A stretch of 63,660 bases of DNA, filler included, from Klebsormidium nitens (lineage: Eukaryota; Plantae; Klebsormidiophyceae), in assembly GCA_000708835.1 (NCBI GenBank). It is 8 parts of 8 records of this genome, joined end to end, with 100 filler letters (N's around TTAATTAATTAA, not from the genome) between each part and the next. Parts side by side here need not be neighbours in the genome. Positions count along the whole stretch, not along the records: positions 62,152 to 63,660 come from DF237131.1; 7 more parts are not named here. One strand, written 5' to 3'. A program made the translations under genes and the position numbers. Below, piece by piece: positions 62,624 to 63,660 of this stretch (its first letter is position 1; each line of letters starts with the position of its first letter). The notes under the pieces are model-generated. The model saw only the letters and a program-made list of their open reading frames with translations, searched no databases and had not been told where the DNA came from.

Positions 62624-63560
62624 CTAGTGTTGAGGCTGATCAGGGAACCGCCAAGTCGAAAGCAGGATGTTGTGCGCCATCAGTGCGGCGACCCGGGCAC
62701 GGGCCGGATCGTCGAATTCAAGATACAGCAGGTAAGCCGAGGATTTCCAATCCCCTTGCTCTTTTATTTGGGCCCAGGGGGGCGCCGCATTGAAATGCGA
62801 AGGTGGCGCCGCCCCGGCGAAAGGAATGCCCGGAATACCGGGCGGAGTCAATGCCAATTTGGGCGAGAGACTCCTTGAATTTTCCGACAAATGATTTATG
62901 CGTAAAGGTTGTGGGCTGGCCAGAGTCGCCCGGGAAGGAAAAGGCAAAGTCGCCAGGTTGACCGGGCACGGCCGCAAATAGGCGGCTAAGTGCATTTACC
63001 GGGCACAAGACAGAACCGGGAATGGCCGGCAGAGGGATCCGGAGGGTCCGTTGACCAAATTGGATTGTTTTCGTACGACGGAAGTTAACCCATACTATGG
63101 TCATGTCAGCTGCAAACTCAAAATCACTGCGGCGAACCGGGGATTGTTCATCTACAGGGTTGGTCCCAGATTGGACCGGGCACACATTGGCCTTACGAAA
63201 AAATCCGAAGAATGCGACGAGCATGGCCGCAGTGAAGGCCATATTGCCAGGGTTAAAAAGATCGAGGCGACGAATAATTCGGGTTAAGATATCCGGGGTC
63301 ACCGCCAGTTTGCGGTTAGGGGAAATGTCCCCTTTTGACCTCTTAATGCCCCGCAGAGTACGTTCCAGGTTGAACATGGTTGGCAGTGGGTTTATTAACC
63401 CTGCTTCCAAATGCAAGATTCGGACGCCATTAAGATAGGTTTTGATCGTTCGATAAGAGCAGGTTTCGGCGAGTTTGGTGACATATAAGCAGACAGTAGT
63501 TTCGTCAGGTTGCATGGGGCGAAAATTATATGAGGAGCAAAAGTTGACATAATACCGTAG
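62624..63560 (-). mobile_element. Tyrosine recombinase of a DIRS/Ngaro-type (or Crypton-like) element; one frameshift near 62775; N-terminus disrupted
   Basis: Catalytic set R (FFGFFRKAN), K (RRTKT), HxxR (GHSFRRGGAT), W/Y (QGDWKSSAYLLY, reached after a +1 shift); N-terminal YVNFC..TVCLYV..TIKTYL domain. Confidence 0.9.
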
Positions 63561-63660
63561 TCCAAGGAAATGAATCCGAATAAATAAATAATTATTTGTA
63601 TTCGGAAAGTCAAAAATTCGGATTTCTCATTCGGAAAGTGGACATTCGGAAAGGTTAAAT

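Overview
Eukaryotic scaffold window with seven N-gaps. Intron-rich, GC-rich, plant-like genes and TTT(T)AGGG repeats point to a streptophyte alga such as Klebsormidium (inference). Host genes rebuilt by hand from splice sites and motifs: NOP10, a HAD class IIIB acid phosphatase, NFRKB (INO80 subunit) and a long NHL-repeat gene resembling plant EMB1974. The rest is largely mobile DNA: (1) a degenerate Ty3/Gypsy element whose pol carries a C5-cytosine DNA methyltransferase between protease and RT and a PHD finger after the integrase; (2) a spliced, apparently intact Kyakuja-Dileera-Zisupton (KDZ)-type transposase with SWIM-like/CxC fingers and a Tudor-like domain, tail-to-tail with a stand-alone PR/SET-domain gene and preceded by a repeat array and, across a gap, a giant-virus-style HNH-like nuclease; (3) an intronless DEAH-helicase fossil broken by several insertions, including a solo LTR with a perfect TSD; (4) a DIRS/Ngaro-type tyrosine recombinase with one frameshift. 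The most interesting theme is transposons carrying their own chromatin writer and reader modules (DNMT+PHD; SET+Tudor). All domain calls come from motif recognition by eye; no searches were run.
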